Source: Rhodospirillales bacterium (GTDB lineage: Bacteria > Pseudomonadota > Alphaproteobacteria > Bin95). From it: a DNA stretch of 64,000 bases. The DNA lies in the NCBI GenBank assembly GCA_038143065.1, contig JAYQLI010000033.1, positions 1-64,000 on the forward strand, given 5' to 3'. Both the position numbers and the translations under genes were made by a program. Every line of letters begins with the position of its first letter. Position 1 is the first letter of the stretch. Below, piece by piece: positions 21,669 through 33,163 of this stretch. The notes beneath the pieces were generated by a model that saw only the letters and a program-made list of their open reading frames with translations, was not told where the DNA came from and made no database searches.

Positions 21669-22785
21669 ATGATCAATGCGGTCAATCAAATTGTTGAGGA
21701 GCAAAGCGGCCCACTTGCTGAAAGTGGGGTTGCGCAACTTTTGTCTGTACTGCGAAATGCTGAATTCAAGCGCTCAGATACGCGAAATAATAAAAAAGAT
21801 ACTAGCTTTAAACCACGAAGTTTATTTGAAATTGCGTCTGCAGCGCAGGCGCGTGAGGTTGGCAAAAGACCGACTGAAGTGGACGGCCGATCAGGTCGCT
21901 AATGCAACAGATCTAAAAGATGGAATACTAGAAGATATTGAGCAGGGCGATACGAAAATGAGGGTATCGGCGATCCTGGCGAAGGTAACTTGGAGAATTC
22001 TCTCTGCTGGCTTTGAAGCGAAAGATGATTTGTCTAGCCCAGAAATTGCCGAGGTGTTTGATGGGGAAGGTAAGGGTGATGTGAGGCTCGAGCCGCTGGC
22101 CCTGCAAGACGGAGCGCCAAACGCGCTGACATCAAAGGCTGAGGTAAACCAAAACCAGGAAACGGGCATTGCCGAAGATTTGGAAGGTGGAAAGGTTGCG
22201 GCAGGATTTGAGACAGCAAGTGAAGCTTTTGAGCGAGGCAAGGCTGAAGGGATTGCTGAAGGGAGACAGGAGGCGATTGCTGAAAACAAAGCCGCTGCAG
22301 AAGTAGCAGCTAAGGCAGAATTGGCAGAAAAAGTTAATGCCTTTGGGCAGACACTCGCATCTTTATTAAAGCCACAAGCCATGCAAGCTGAAGCTTTGAC
22401 GAAGTCAATTCACGCGGCAATTTTAAAATTAGCAAGCGAACGTGCTGGCAAGGAGATTGATGATGTGCCAGATGCTTTTGCAAATAGGATTGGTGCTCTC
22501 GTCAGCGCGATCGGAAAAAAAATAAATGAAGGTCAGGTTCAGCTCAATGCAGACGATTACAGTGTAATGACGGCTTATTTCGCGGATACCAAATATAATT
22601 TTGTGGTTAACTCGGATTTGATGCGTGGTGATGTTGTGTTGCGATTTGATGGCATTGAGCTTGCTGACATCGCTGAAAACCGGATTGGTAGCAATTACGT
22701 ATCCGAGGGAACCAGTGAGTCTGTTCCAGAACAGATAGCTTTAGAAGACACAAATGGAAATTCCGATTTTATGGCGGAGCCCTGA
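21669..22785 (+). CDS. fliH: Flagellar assembly protein FliH with long N-terminal region; frameshifted
   Basis: AFERGKAEGIAEG (AxxxG(xxxG)n repeats); lies between fliG and fliI. Confidence 0.75.
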
Positions 22786-22824
22786 TCTTGATATCGCGCC
22801 AGATTCTGGAGATCAGCAAGACTC

Positions 22825-24162
22825 ATGAATGGGGCTTTAGAACAAATTATATCTGATATAGATGCGCTAACATTTGAAAAGCCGCTTCAGCTTTCTGGAT
22901 GTGTCAGCCGGTTTGATGGCCATATTATTGAGTGTGATGGTTTTCCTGCAACAATCGGAACTATCTGCCAAGTTGTTACCCAAAAGGGCAAAACAACTAA
23001 CGCTGAGGTAATTGGGTTTAAGAACAACAATAATCTTCTGTCAGTGCATGATCAAAATGCGCAGATTAGTGTTGGTGCAAAGGTAACGCTCAGCGATGAT
23101 GGGCATTTGATCAAGGTCGGGCCGGAGCTACTTGGCCGTGCAGTTGATGCACTTGGTCATGCACTTGACGATGGGCCGCCGATGCGGCTTTACGATAGCT
23201 GGCCGTTAAATGGCAAAAAGACTAACCCTCTGGCACGTCGTCCGGTAAATAAACAGCTCGATGTGGGGGTGAGGGTTATCAACAGCCTTTTGTCGGTTGG
23301 GCAGGGGCAACGTATCGGCATTATTGCAGGGTCAGGTGTTGGCAAATCCGTTCTTTTGGGCATGATGACAAAATTCACCGAGGCGGATGTTGTCGTTGTT
23401 GGTCTGATTGGTGAGCGTGCACGTGAAGTGGCCAGTTTTGCGGCCGAAGTGTTAAATGGCTCATCTCGTGACCGCACCGTAATTGTTGCTGAGCCGGCTG
23501 ATCGGTCGCCTTTGCTTCGAATACGAGGAGCAAACCGAGCCACTGCAATTGCTGAATATTTCCGGTCGAAGGGCAAGAATGTTTTGCTGATAATGGACTC
23601 AATAACAAGGGTTGCACATGCGCGGCGTGAAATTGGGTTAGCTCTTGGTGAGCAGCCAACATCAAAAGGCTATCCACCATCGGTTGTTTCAATGATACCG
23701 GCTTTGATTGAACGTACTGGAACAGGTACGGGCCAGGAAGGATCAATTACTGGTTTTTACACTGTATTGGCGGATGGAGATGATGCCAATGATCCAGTTG
23801 TTGATACAGCCCGTGCAATTCTTGATGGGCATATCCTTTTATCACGGGAGCAAACGCAAATGGGCATTTATCCGGCGGTTGATGTGCCCGCATCTGTGAG
23901 CCGAGTGATGGGTGAAATTGCAAGCCCAATCCAACTTCAAGCGGCGCAATATTTTCGTCGATTGGTCTCGCTTTACATGGAAAATCGCGACCTAATTTTG
24001 ATGGGTGGCTATGCGCCTGGCCAAGATCAGGATCTTGATCTGGCCGTACAATTATGGCCAAAACTCATGGCTCATATTCAGCAGCCTTTTGATCAAAGCG
24101 CATCTGTAGAAATTAGCATTAAAGCATTGACGGATCTGTTTAATTTACAGGCAGAGATATGA
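22825..24162 (+). CDS. fliI: Flagellar export ATPase FliI
   Basis: GSGVGKS, LIGERARE, LLIMDSITRVAHARREIGL. Confidence 0.97.
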   Translation: MNGALEQIISDIDALTFEKPLQLSGCVSRFDGHIIECDGFPATIGTICQVVTQKGKTTNAEVIGFKNNNNLLSVHDQNAQISVGAKVTLSDDGHLIKVGPELLGRAVDALGHALDDGPPMRLYDSWPLNGKKTNPLARRPVNKQLDVGVRVINSLLSVGQGQRIGIIAGSGVGKSVLLGMMTKFTEADVVVVGLIGERAREVASFAAEVLNGSSRDRTVIVAEPADRSPLLRIRGANRATAIAEYFRSKGKNVLLIMDSITRVAHARREIGLALGEQPTSKGYPPSVVSMIPALIERTGTGTGQEGSITGFYTVLADGDDANDPVVDTARAILDGHILLSREQTQMGIYPAVDVPASVSRVMGEIASPIQLQAAQYFRRLVSLYMENRDLILMGGYAPGQDQDLDLAVQLWPKLMAHIQQPFDQSASVEISIKALTDLFNLQAEI

Positions 24163-24578
24163 ACCGCCGAATTTCGACCTTGCATCGCCTTGCCCTTAAG
24201 GAACGCGTCTTGATCAATAGACAAATGCGAGGCCTTGGCGTTCTGAATAGTGAGTTTCAACGAATTGACGAGATGCGGAAGAAGCTGAGTGAAATGGCGG
24301 GTGAACATGCGCATGACAACGGTGAACAAGTCATGTCGACATTTCGTATCGCTGCTCAGTTAAATCACCAAATCCGAGACCAGCTTGAAATGGCAAATAA
24401 CCGCTGCGATCATCTAGCGCAAGAATTGCAGACTATGCGTTATAGAATTGCTCAAGCTGACCGCCGCCGCGAAAAATCCACCAAAAAGGCAGATGCGCTG
24501 AGGGCTCGGGAACTTAATGACCGCGACGCAAAACGTGAAGATGCAGAGGCATCGCGACGGCGTTCCAAGCTACAATAA
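24159..24578 (+). CDS. fliJ: Flagellar export chaperone FliJ
   Basis: 139-aa coiled-coil protein overlapping the fliI stop. Confidence 0.7.
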   Translation: MNRRISTLHRLALKERVLINRQMRGLGVLNSEFQRIDEMRKKLSEMAGEHAHDNGEQVMSTFRIAAQLNHQIRDQLEMANNRCDHLAQELQTMRYRIAQADRRREKSTKKADALRARELNDRDAKREDAEASRRRSKLQ

Positions 24579-24598
24579 AAACGCCAAATATCAAAAAA

Positions 24599-24614
24599 TG
24601 GCATCTGAATTGCA
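24599..24614 (+). promoter_or_regulatory. Sigma-54 promoter of fliKLMN
   Basis: TGGCAT-CTGAA-TTGCA. Confidence 0.8.
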
Positions 24615-24665
24615 TCATTGACTGAGAAATTGTCAATCTGATCTACAAAAGCGGTTAGCGGAAAT

Positions 24666-26195
24666 ATGCCAAAAATAGTGCCAAAACCTTCACAAAGCCC
24701 AGGATCTGGACCTAAACGGCCTGTGCCAATGCCAGCAGAAAAAACGGGCCATGATTTGCTGTTTGCAGCGTTGTTTGATGGCGCAAACGCGAATGTTGCC
24801 GGCAATGATATAGTTGTTGGCCCAGCTGCATTTTCTGGAAGTTTTGTGACTCATTTGCAAAATCAAGGCGATGATAATACGCGACCGCAAGAAGATTTGC
24901 TTGCAATGATAGCAGCACTGCAGGCGCCAGGGACGTTTTCTCATAAAAAGACTGACGAACAAAACCACGAGACCGATAAAGATGTCACATCCGATCAAAC
25001 TAGCTCTTTGATGGACGAGGAAAATGCCGATGCCTTGGCGAATATGGTAGTGGCAATGCCATCTAGTCCAGAGGGTTTTGCCGAAATGGAAAAAGTCGAT
25101 ACCCACAGTGGTGAGAAAGCGAGCCTGATGCCAGCAAAAATGGCTTTTGAAGATAGAAAATCATCAGGTCTTCTGGGTACAAAAGGCTTTGCTTCTGAGG
25201 CTGGACAAACAACTACAGAGAAAATGCGGTCAATAAGTGAGAGGTCTTTCGCTCATGATAATAGTAATTCGGCGTCTGCGAATACTAAGCTTGAGGGTGC
25301 GCCGGCAGTTTCAAACGAGAGGGTGTTAAACAGTTTAACAAAGCCACCGATAGTGGAATCCATCAATACCAAGCCGATAGTCAACAAAGCCAATGTGGCA
25401 GTAGTTGAACCTATCACTGAAGAAGAAAGCGACACTAAAAATGTTGTCAAAGCTTTTGATGATTCTCGAGAACAGATGATCGGCAAAAAAGATAAAAATC
25501 TCACTACTGTCGCAAGCTTGAAACGGGCGATGCTTTCAGAAAGTAATATGGCGGCGGGTGACAAGGTGCCGCCGCGCGCAGCAAGTGGCCAAAATGTGCA
25601 TGAGATGGGGCAACCGATGAAAGCTGTTTTAGCGATGCTTGATAATGCCTCTGGACCTGGTAGCCAGGCGCAAACAGGTGGTCAAAGTGGCGGCAATTCA
25701 GGTGGTCAAACAGGATCTATGACAGGAGGTGGGCTGCTTAATAATCTCAATATGCTTCAAACACTTGATATGGCAAAAAGTAACTGGAGTGAAATGCTGT
25801 TACAACGTGTACAAAGGGCGCTAGCTGGTGCCAAAGAGCATTTGGATTTTCAGTTAAGTCCCCGCAACCTTGGAAAAATGCGCGTTAGTATTGCGATACA
25901 GAATGATCGCACAAATATCCAGATTCAAACTGAAACATCGGCTGCAGCCTCTATGTTGAGCGATGCTGAGGGGCGTCTGGCACAAATGCTTGAAGCATCG
26001 GGCCTTCGCCTTGGTAGCCTAAGTTCGGGTCAGTCGCAGAGTTTTGGCGGGAACACGTCGGGCGGGCAGGCCGACCAGGAAGGTCAGGCAAAGTTAGCCT
26101 CGAAAGCGAGACCGGATAAAACTGAAAAAGATGGCTTGTCTGATACGGAAATAACTTCAGAGCTTTCAGAAAATTTGATAAATATTCAAGCCTAG
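24666..26195 (+). CDS. fliK: Hook-length control protein FliK
   Basis: Low-complexity N-terminus; C-terminal QLSPRNLGKMRV..RLAQMLEASGLRL domain. Confidence 0.9.
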   Translation: MPKIVPKPSQSPGSGPKRPVPMPAEKTGHDLLFAALFDGANANVAGNDIVVGPAAFSGSFVTHLQNQGDDNTRPQEDLLAMIAALQAPGTFSHKKTDEQNHETDKDVTSDQTSSLMDEENADALANMVVAMPSSPEGFAEMEKVDTHSGEKASLMPAKMAFEDRKSSGLLGTKGFASEAGQTTTEKMRSISERSFAHDNSNSASANTKLEGAPAVSNERVLNSLTKPPIVESINTKPIVNKANVAVVEPITEEESDTKNVVKAFDDSREQMIGKKDKNLTTVASLKRAMLSESNMAAGDKVPPRAASGQNVHEMGQPMKAVLAMLDNASGPGSQAQTGGQSGGNSGGQTGSMTGGGLLNNLNMLQTLDMAKSNWSEMLLQRVQRALAGAKEHLDFQLSPRNLGKMRVSIAIQNDRTNIQIQTETSAAASMLSDAEGRLAQMLEASGLRLGSLSSGQSQSFGGNTSGGQADQEGQAKLASKARPDKTEKDGLSDTEITSELSENLINIQA

Positions 26196-26249
26196 TACAT
26201 CAGTTGGTACTGATGTGTCAGGCAGGGACGTCCATTGGAGGATTAGTCT

Positions 26250-26832
26250 ATGGCAGATGAAGATAATAACCAGCCCAAAAAAGAGTCGCGGAATTTTAAA
26301 AATTCTGGGGTTTGTCTTTGGTGGGCTGTTGCTTGTTGGGGCAGGTCTTGGTGCTGGGTTTTTCTTGTTTGGCAGCGACCAACCAGATCCGTCCGAGGAA
26401 ATCGAACAGATCATTGAACGGAAAATGGTTGAGGCTGAGGAGAAGAAAGCGGCTGATGAAAAAGCAGCTGAGGGAGAATCCAAGGTTGCCAAGGAAACCC
26501 CTGAAGTTAAAACTTTCATGACAACCTATTTTGAGTTCCCGGGTACTTTTACGACGAACCTCATGAATTCTCGGAAATTCCTGCAGGTTGGCCTAGGCGT
26601 CTCTACCCAATATGATGACAAAGTGATGAGTAATGTTGAAGCGCATCAATTAGCACTTCGCTCGGAGATTTTGAATGCGATGAGCGAATTTTCAGAAACT
26701 GACATTCAAGGCAAGAATGGTCGTGAACAGCTAGCGAAGGCGTTAACTGCTAGCATAAACGAAAAATTGATTGCACTTGAAGATTTTGGTGGCGTAAGTG
26801 AAGTCCATTTTACGTCTTTTGTGTTGCAGTAA
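26250..26832 (+). CDS. fliL: Flagellar basal-body protein FliL
   Basis: N-terminal TM, FTTNL, EVHFTSFVLQ; ATG at 26250 with GGAGGA RBS, early frameshift. Confidence 0.92.
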
Positions 26833-26866
26833 CATTAATAATTTAATCGGGAAATTTTGGTAAGGC

Positions 26867-27828
26867 ATGTCGTCACGTAAATTATCAAGTGAAGAAGTCG
26901 AAGCATTGATGGACGGGTTGAAAGCCTCGTCTCATAATGTGCATGCTGATGTTTCTGGCTCTGCCGAAGTGCGTTCGTTCCAATTTGGCGAAGATGATTT
27001 GTCATTAATGGGCGACTACTATGCTTTGAGGCTTATTAATGAGAGGTTTGCGCGTATCGCACGCAGCGTATTCCTACCGATGTTAAGAGTTCAACCCCGC
27101 ATTTCACCATTTCCTCCGAGGTTAAAACTTTTGATGAATATTGCGAGAGCATTAGTAGCTTTATGAATTTGAATATTTCAAGGATGGAGGAATTACGAGG
27201 GCCGATGCTGTTATCAATTAGCCCTAAATTCATTTCGACCCTCACCGCCTCATATTACGGTGGATCAATCGTTCAAGCAGATCAAAAACGTACAGAATTC
27301 ACCAGCACAGAAGAGCGCGTGATCGAGATTGTTCACCGGGGTTTGTGTGAAGCCCTAACCAATTCTTGGGTTGATTTGATGCCCATAAGAATCTCGAATC
27401 AAGGTCGTGAAGTTAACCCTCAATTCGCCTCATTTGTTGATGGAAATGAACTGGTCATTATTTGTTCGTTCCTTGTCCAATTGCCACAAACGGATGCAGT
27501 TAATTTTGATGTTGTATACCCCTTGCAAACTTTAAAACCTATCGCATCACAGCTTCGGTCTCGTGTCCAATCTGAAACTGGAGATGATGATGTTACCTGG
27601 CGCGAGAAAATGGAGCGCGCTATTTTGAATATTCCACTAAATATCACTGCGCTTCTTGGTGAGCCTGTCATGTCAATGGGGCAATTAATTCGCTTAAAAA
27701 CTGGTGATGTTGTTCCTATCCAGATTAATGATGGCATTGAAGTTCGAGTCGAAGACAATCCGATCTTTTTAGCCGAAATCGGTGAAGTGTCGGGGCAGGT
27801 GGCAGTAAGCCTGTCGAGGCGGATTTAA
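26867..27828 (+). CDS. fliM: Motor switch protein FliM; frameshift near 27115
   Basis: LSSEEVEALM, INERFAR, C-terminal SpoA domain. Confidence 0.92.
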
Positions 27829-27879
27829 ATAATTTCTATCTGATGGCCGGCAAGCTGGCAAAAGAAAAGGAAAAGCATA

Positions 27880-28227
27880 ATGGCAGACGAAACTGAAAAT
27901 CAGGCAGCCGGTACTGAAACAGATGCAAAGGGCCCTGATACAGGCGCAACAAGCGCGGCAAAGGTGACTGCTGAGAACTTGCGTGTCCTCGAAAACGTTG
28001 AAGTGCAAATGACGGTCGAGGTTGGCAATACTGAAATTAAGATCCGTGATCTGCTGCGTCTGAATGAAGGTGCAGTAATTGAGCTTGATCGGCTCGCTGG
28101 TGATCCATTAGACATACTGGTCAATGGAACAATGATCGCCAAAGGTGAGATCGTTATGGTCGGCGAGAGATTTGGTGTGCGCTTTACCGAGATTGTTGAT
28201 CCCGAAAAGCGGGTTGAAAATCTTTAG
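27880..28227 (+). CDS. fliN: Motor switch protein FliN
   Basis: GAVIELDRLAGDPLDILVNG..GVR. Confidence 0.97.
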   Translation: MADETENQAAGTETDAKGPDTGATSAAKVTAENLRVLENVEVQMTVEVGNTEIKIRDLLRLNEGAVIELDRLAGDPLDILVNGTMIAKGEIVMVGERFGVRFTEIVDPEKRVENL

Positions 28228-28331
28228 TGACAAGCCTGCCCACAGAGCCCAAATGTGTCTAACTTTTTGACGCTTGATAGGGCATTGTCCTACAGCTTCC
28301 ATCTAAATTTTTAATTTAAAGACAATATATT

Positions 28332-28365
28332 CAGCCTCTTAATGATTAATTAAGGGGCTGTTCTT
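28332..28365 (+). terminator. Probable intrinsic terminator after fliN
   Basis: 12-bp stem CAGCCTCTTAAT / ATTAAGGGGCTG (one G-U pair) followed by TTCTT. Confidence 0.5.
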
Positions 28366-28370
28366 CGCTG

Positions 28371-28386
28371 TGGCATATATTTTGCC
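28371..28386 (+). promoter_or_regulatory. Sigma-54 promoter of fliOPQR-flhB
   Basis: TGGCAT-ATATT-TTGCC. Confidence 0.8.
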
Positions 28387-28423
28387 TTCTCTGTTATTAG
28401 GATGGTCCTGACGGAGTTCGGCT

Positions 28424-28904
28424 ATGTACACGAATATTATTGGCACACAGCAAATTGTCATCACTGCTGCCTTTTTAGGGATGATGGTGTTGTTATTGGT
28501 CATTTTGCGAAAGAAAAGCAATGTGATCCGCGCCGGATTAAAAGCTGGGAAACGCATTAATGTGGTTGAGGAAACTGCGGTCAGCCCAAGTGAGAGGTTA
28601 AGGCTAGTAGTAATCGACTCCAAAGAATTCATTATGGTTTCGGCTAAGGGCCATGCGCCCAGTTTGATGCCGCTTAAGGCCGGTGATACTGGATCGGATA
28701 TGAGAGAAAAGCCAGTGCGATGATGCTGATGCTAAGATGGAGGCTGCGATCCGTGATGCCATGCAAGCGCACGCAGCGGCCACAGCATTTGATGGAACCC
28801 GGGAAGACCCCCAAAAAGCCCAGGCCAGCCAGTCAGCTATTGATGACCCCCAGGCCTTTGCCAAAAAATTTCAAAGCTGGAGGCAGCAGAATGCAGGACG
28901 CTAA
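28424..28904 (+). CDS. fliO: Export apparatus protein FliO; frameshift near 28710
   Basis: N-terminal TM then INVVEETAVSPSERLRLVVID; sits before fliP. Confidence 0.8.
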
Positions 28905-29712
28905 CCAAATGAGGTTTGGCACCAGCGCATTGCTTTGCGCTCTTGCCAGTACTGCTATTTTTATTGTTTCGAATGGTGAGGCGATGGCGCAGGATGCAGC
29001 CAGCAGCCTTGCCAGTAACATGGCTGGCCTTGGCGCTGGCTTGCCTGCGCTGATATCCAGCAATGCCGCAGATGGCAGCACATCTTATTCATTGTCCTTG
29101 CAAATCCTCGCGCTTATGACGGCGATGACAGTTTTGCCTTCACTAGTGCTCGGTATGACTTCGTTCACCCGGATTATTATTGTGTTGTCTATTCTGCGCC
29201 AAGCGATGGGTACACAGCAAACACCCCCTAATCAGGTCCTAATTGCGATTGCGTTGTTCCTGACTTTTTTCATTATGTCGCCAACTCTGACCAATATTTA
29301 TGAAACTGCTGCCGAACCGTATTTAAGTGGCAATGTTAGTGCTGAAAGTGCTTTGTCGTCAGCGAGTGGCGATATGAAAGAATTTATGGTTAAGAATACC
29401 CGTAAGGATGATTTGAATATGTTTATGGATCTAGCGGCAAAAGGCGCAGTTGAGACGCCAAAGGATGTTCCTTTGACGGTGTTATTGCCGGCTTTTATTA
29501 CCTCTGAGTTAAAAACAGCTTTTCAGATTGGCTTTCTATTATTTTTGCCATTTCTGGTGATTGATATGGTGGTGGCGTCTGTGCTCATGTCACTTGGTAT
29601 GATGATGCTCAGTCCAATGTTAGTGGCATTACCGTTTAAATTACTTTTGTTCGTTCTAGTTGATGGCTGGAGCATGACAGTGGGTTCGCTTGTTGCGACC
29701 TATGTTGTTTAG
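28891..29712 (+). CDS. fliP: Export gate protein FliP
   Basis: MTSFTRIIIV, QTPPNQV, SELKTAFQIG, LPFKLLLFVLVDGW. Confidence 0.97.
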   Translation: MQDANQMRFGTSALLCALASTAIFIVSNGEAMAQDAASSLASNMAGLGAGLPALISSNAADGSTSYSLSLQILALMTAMTVLPSLVLGMTSFTRIIIVLSILRQAMGTQQTPPNQVLIAIALFLTFFIMSPTLTNIYETAAEPYLSGNVSAESALSSASGDMKEFMVKNTRKDDLNMFMDLAAKGAVETPKDVPLTVLLPAFITSELKTAFQIGFLLFLPFLVIDMVVASVLMSLGMMMLSPMLVALPFKLLLFVLVDGWSMTVGSLVATYVV

Positions 29713-29738
29713 CCTCTTTCAGTAGAAGGGTGCCGATT

Positions 29739-30006
29739 ATGGGCTTTGATATGAATGTCGAATTTTTGCGGATGGCATTTTGGCAGATCGTTATGGTTGC
29801 TGGCCCAGTTTTGTTGGTCGCGCTTGCGATTGGTCTTTTCATTGGCATCATACAGGCGGCTACATCAATCAATGAGCAAACTCTCAGCTTTGTACCAAAA
29901 CTTGTGGTGGTTTTGATTACCTTTGGATTATTGGCTAATCTGATGATGGTACAGTTAAGTGACTATTTTCATTTTCATTTTTGAACAGGTCGCACAGGTA
30001 GGATGA
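29739..30006 (+). CDS. fliQ: Export gate protein FliQ
   Basis: QAATSINEQTLSFVPK. Confidence 0.95.
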
Positions 30007-30010
30007 ATGA

Positions 30011-30841
30011 ATGAGTGAGCTGGCATTGTCAAATTTGGGTGGTGTAGGCCCGCTGCCAGGTCTTAGCTTGCAATTTTTGATGGAGCTTCTTGCTGGATTA
30101 TTTCTGGCAAGTTTACGTATTGGTGCCTTTTTGATCGCTTCGCCCTTTTTTGGAGGTAGTTCGGTTCCCTTGCAAGTCCGGATTATTATGGCAGTTCTTC
30201 TTGGGGTTGCTGTGGTTAATAATGTTGTGGTTCCAGACTGGCAAAGCTTTACCGCACTTACAGGCATTCGGGTGGTCTTAACCGAACTGGCTATCGGCAT
30301 TGCATCTGGTCTGATTCTGACCATCTGGTTTTCAGCTGCGCTCCTTGCTGGTGAAAAAATTGCTAGTTCGGCTGGTCTTGGATTTGCAGCCCAGATTGAT
30401 CCCGACTCGGGTGGACAAACGCCCGTAGTCAGCAAAACATTTTCATTGTTCCTTACGGTAATTTTTTTGTCATGGAACGGGCACCTGCTGGTGTTAAGGG
30501 CGGTTGCTGACTCGTATGAATATTTACCTGTTGGCGCGATGCCTGCTTTTCCAGTTTTGCTCCAAGGCGGGATTGCGGCGGCTGGTTCAATGTTTTTTGC
30601 TGCAACGATTATCATGCTGCCGTTGACTGCCTTTTTGCTCGCAATCAATCTGGCGATCGGTGTTATTACTCGATCAGCCCCGCAGCTTAATCTGTTTTCA
30701 TTTGGTTTCCCAATCAGCATGCTGGGCATTTTTGTACTGCTCTATCTTTGGGTTGATGTATTGGGTGACGCGATGGATGATCTTTCCCGTTCGGCAATCG
30801 AAAATGTTCAATTTATTCTGGGGGCGATAATCAATGGCTGA
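30011..30841 (+). CDS. fliR: Export gate protein FliR
   Basis: Multi-TM; RSAPQLNLFSFGFP. Confidence 0.95.
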   Translation: MSELALSNLGGVGPLPGLSLQFLMELLAGLFLASLRIGAFLIASPFFGGSSVPLQVRIIMAVLLGVAVVNNVVVPDWQSFTALTGIRVVLTELAIGIASGLILTIWFSAALLAGEKIASSAGLGFAAQIDPDSGGQTPVVSKTFSLFLTVIFLSWNGHLLVLRAVADSYEYLPVGAMPAFPVLLQGGIAAAGSMFFAATIIMLPLTAFLLAINLAIGVITRSAPQLNLFSFGFPISMLGIFVLLYLWVDVLGDAMDDLSRSAIENVQFILGAIING

Positions 30842-32008
30842 AGAAGGTGATGACAGCCAAGAAAAGACTGAGGACCCCTCCCAACGAAAGCTCGAGAAAG
30901 CTGCAGAGGAGGGGCGGGTTCTTACCTCTAAGGATATGTTTGTCTTTACTGGCCTCTTTGGTGCTTTGCTAATGATGCTAGCGGTACCGGGCATTATTGA
31001 GCCGGTGCTTGGCAAGTGGGGAGCATTGCTAAGACTTGAGCGTGGAGCTGATTTGGATGCCCTAATCAGCCAGCGCATTACTGAGGGGATCAAAATGATC
31101 CTTATCACCGGCGTTGTTATCGGTGTTCCATTGATGGCTGTGGTAATCCTAACACAAGCAGCTGTTGCCGGTAATTTGAATTTCGCACCCAAGGCAATGG
31201 CGTTTAAGGGTAACCGTATAAATATCTTAAAAGGCTTGCAACGGATGGTGTCGATAAAGGCACTGGTCGAGCTCGGCAAGGCGTCACTAAAGGTTGTTCT
31301 GCTTTTTAGCATCGCGATTGGCATTCTTTATGTGCAGGCTCCAAAGATTCTGAAGTTACCCTATCGATCACTTGGGGAAGCAGTGGCATCCGCAGGAACT
31401 ATGTTTCCAGCAGTGCTCGGCGGGCTTTTATTAATGCTGGCAGTGATCGCACTTCTTGATTTTCTCTGGCAACGCCATGCCCATATCAAGTCGTTGAAAA
31501 TGTCCAAGCAGGATCAAAAAGATGAATATAAACAGACTGAAGGCTCGCCTGAAGTGAAAGCGAAAATCCGACGTATGCAGATGGAGAACTCTGCTAATGC
31601 TGCACGCCAGCAAGCTGCCTTGGATGATGTTTCTTCGGCCACTGCCATCATAACAAACCCGACCCATTTTGCCGTGGCACTGAAATATGAAGTTGGCAGC
31701 ATTGAAGCTCAAAAATTCTGGCTATGGGGCGAGGGAAGATTGCTGAGATGATTATCGATCGCGGTAAAGATGCTAATATCACAATTTTTCGCAGTGCGTT
31801 ACTGGCGCGTGCGTTATACTTTAGTGGCGAGATTGGAAAAGAAATACCTGAGATGCTTTATCAGGCTGTGGCGGTAATCTTGGCCTATATCTACCGCATT
31901 GACCGGGGTGAAGACCTTGAGCGTCCGGAGATTGAGTTGCCTGACGATATGCGCTTTGATGAATTTGGTAAGCCGCTGGTCAATCGGGCAGGAGGATATG
32001 ATGCGTAA
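30834..32008 (+). CDS. flhB: Export switch protein FlhB; frameshift near 31710
   Basis: EKTEDPS, EGSPEVK, NPTH autocleavage motif. Confidence 0.95.
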
Positions 32009-32207
32009 AAACCGATCAATCGGTGAAATGATAAGTACCGTTACGTTTTCTGGCGTCGCCGCCTATCTGTTGATTTATAGTCTAGGCCTTTTTGAGGCGG
32101 GCGAGGCAATGCGCGGTACGATAGGTTTGCTGGCAGCGGCGTGTTGCGCGCTTGGCGGGTTGCGGTTTGTTATTGCAAACTTTGTCGCGATGTGGCGCAA
32201 AAACTAA
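31998..32207 (+). CDS. Small two-TM hypothetical protein
   Basis: AGGAGG RBS; overlaps the flhB stop; two hydrophobic helices. Confidence 0.6.
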   Translation: MMRKNRSIGEMISTVTFSGVAAYLLIYSLGLFEAGEAMRGTIGLLAAACCALGGLRFVIANFVAMWRKN

Positions 32208-32427
32208 TGGCTAAAGAGCGTGATTATTTGGTTCGTTGTCATGGCTGTGCGCATTATTTCGTGACCTATGACAGGCATCGCCCGTACGGCTGTGCTAAGT
32301 TTGGCTTTAAGACCAAAAGCTTGCCATCGCAGGTGGTAATCGATCAACTGGCATGCAATGTGCATATCGGACAGAACGTCCGGTCGCCAAAAACGGCCGT
32401 GTAGCAGAAAACCAGAGGAAAATCTGA
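32207..32427 (+). CDS. Small Cys-rich protein (CxxCxH...GC...C)
   Basis: MAKERDYLVRCHGCAHYFVTYDRHRPYGCAKFGFKTKSLPS..TGMQC; translationally coupled at both ends. Confidence 0.65.
32349..32364 (+). promoter_or_regulatory. Internal sigma-54 promoter upstream of the motF-like gene
   Basis: TGGCAT-GCAAT-GTGCA, about 60 bp before ATG 32427; lies inside a coding region. Confidence 0.5.
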
Positions 32428-33163
32428 TGGCAGGCGAACTTAATTCAGTCAGGAAAGTATCAAACTTGCATTGGACGCCGCAGATGCGGCAACTGATGTG
32501 ACATCGGAGTATAGTCAAGTTAAACGCGAACACAAGAAGTTGGAAAGTAAAGTGTCACAGATTCACCGTTACACCACCATAACGTTTGTCAGCGCTATCT
32601 CAGCAGCAGTTATAGCGCTAGCCTTTTCGGCGACCTTATATTTTAAGTCTATTTCTGAACTAACATTAATGACTTCAACCAACCGTCAAGGTTTGATTGT
32701 GTTTTCTGAGAATATTGAGAAATTAAATACCGTTCTGGCTGAACTACAGGTGTCACTGACCAAACAGGAGGAGTTGCTTAAATTAAATCGCGAGTCAACT
32801 TCGCAAATCGCTGAATTAAAGAAAGTTATAGCGGATGGTAACGCCAGCATCGTTGCACAATTGCAAAAAACTGGCGACGAGATGAATGGCGCGACTATGA
32901 CAGTTGGCGATGACCTTAAAACGGCAATGGAAGCCCAGAACAAACTTGTTACCAGTGGCTTTAAGGTAAATTTGACTAGCCTTGAATCGTCTGTGATGAA
33001 GTCAATCGAAGCGATCGACAAAAAGATTGCGAGTAATACGGCACTACAGAATGTGGCGGCTACTCAAGCAAAAACTAAAAAAGAGCTTGAAGCATTGAAA
33101 CTGCAAACAAAAGAAATTCGTAAACTTCTTGAGACGCAGCAAAATCGCATTACATTTCCATAA
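32427..33163 (+). CDS. Bitopic coiled-coil membrane protein, MotF-like
   Basis: About 245 aa, single TM near residues 50-72, long heptad C-terminus; position downstream of flhB matches R. sphaeroides motF as I recall it. Confidence 0.5.

Noticed and set aside
26197-26216. Hairpin ACATCAGT-TGGT-ACTGATGT between fliK and fliL, with a partial sigma-54 look
   Set aside because: No U-tract and no GC at -12; function cannot be supported.
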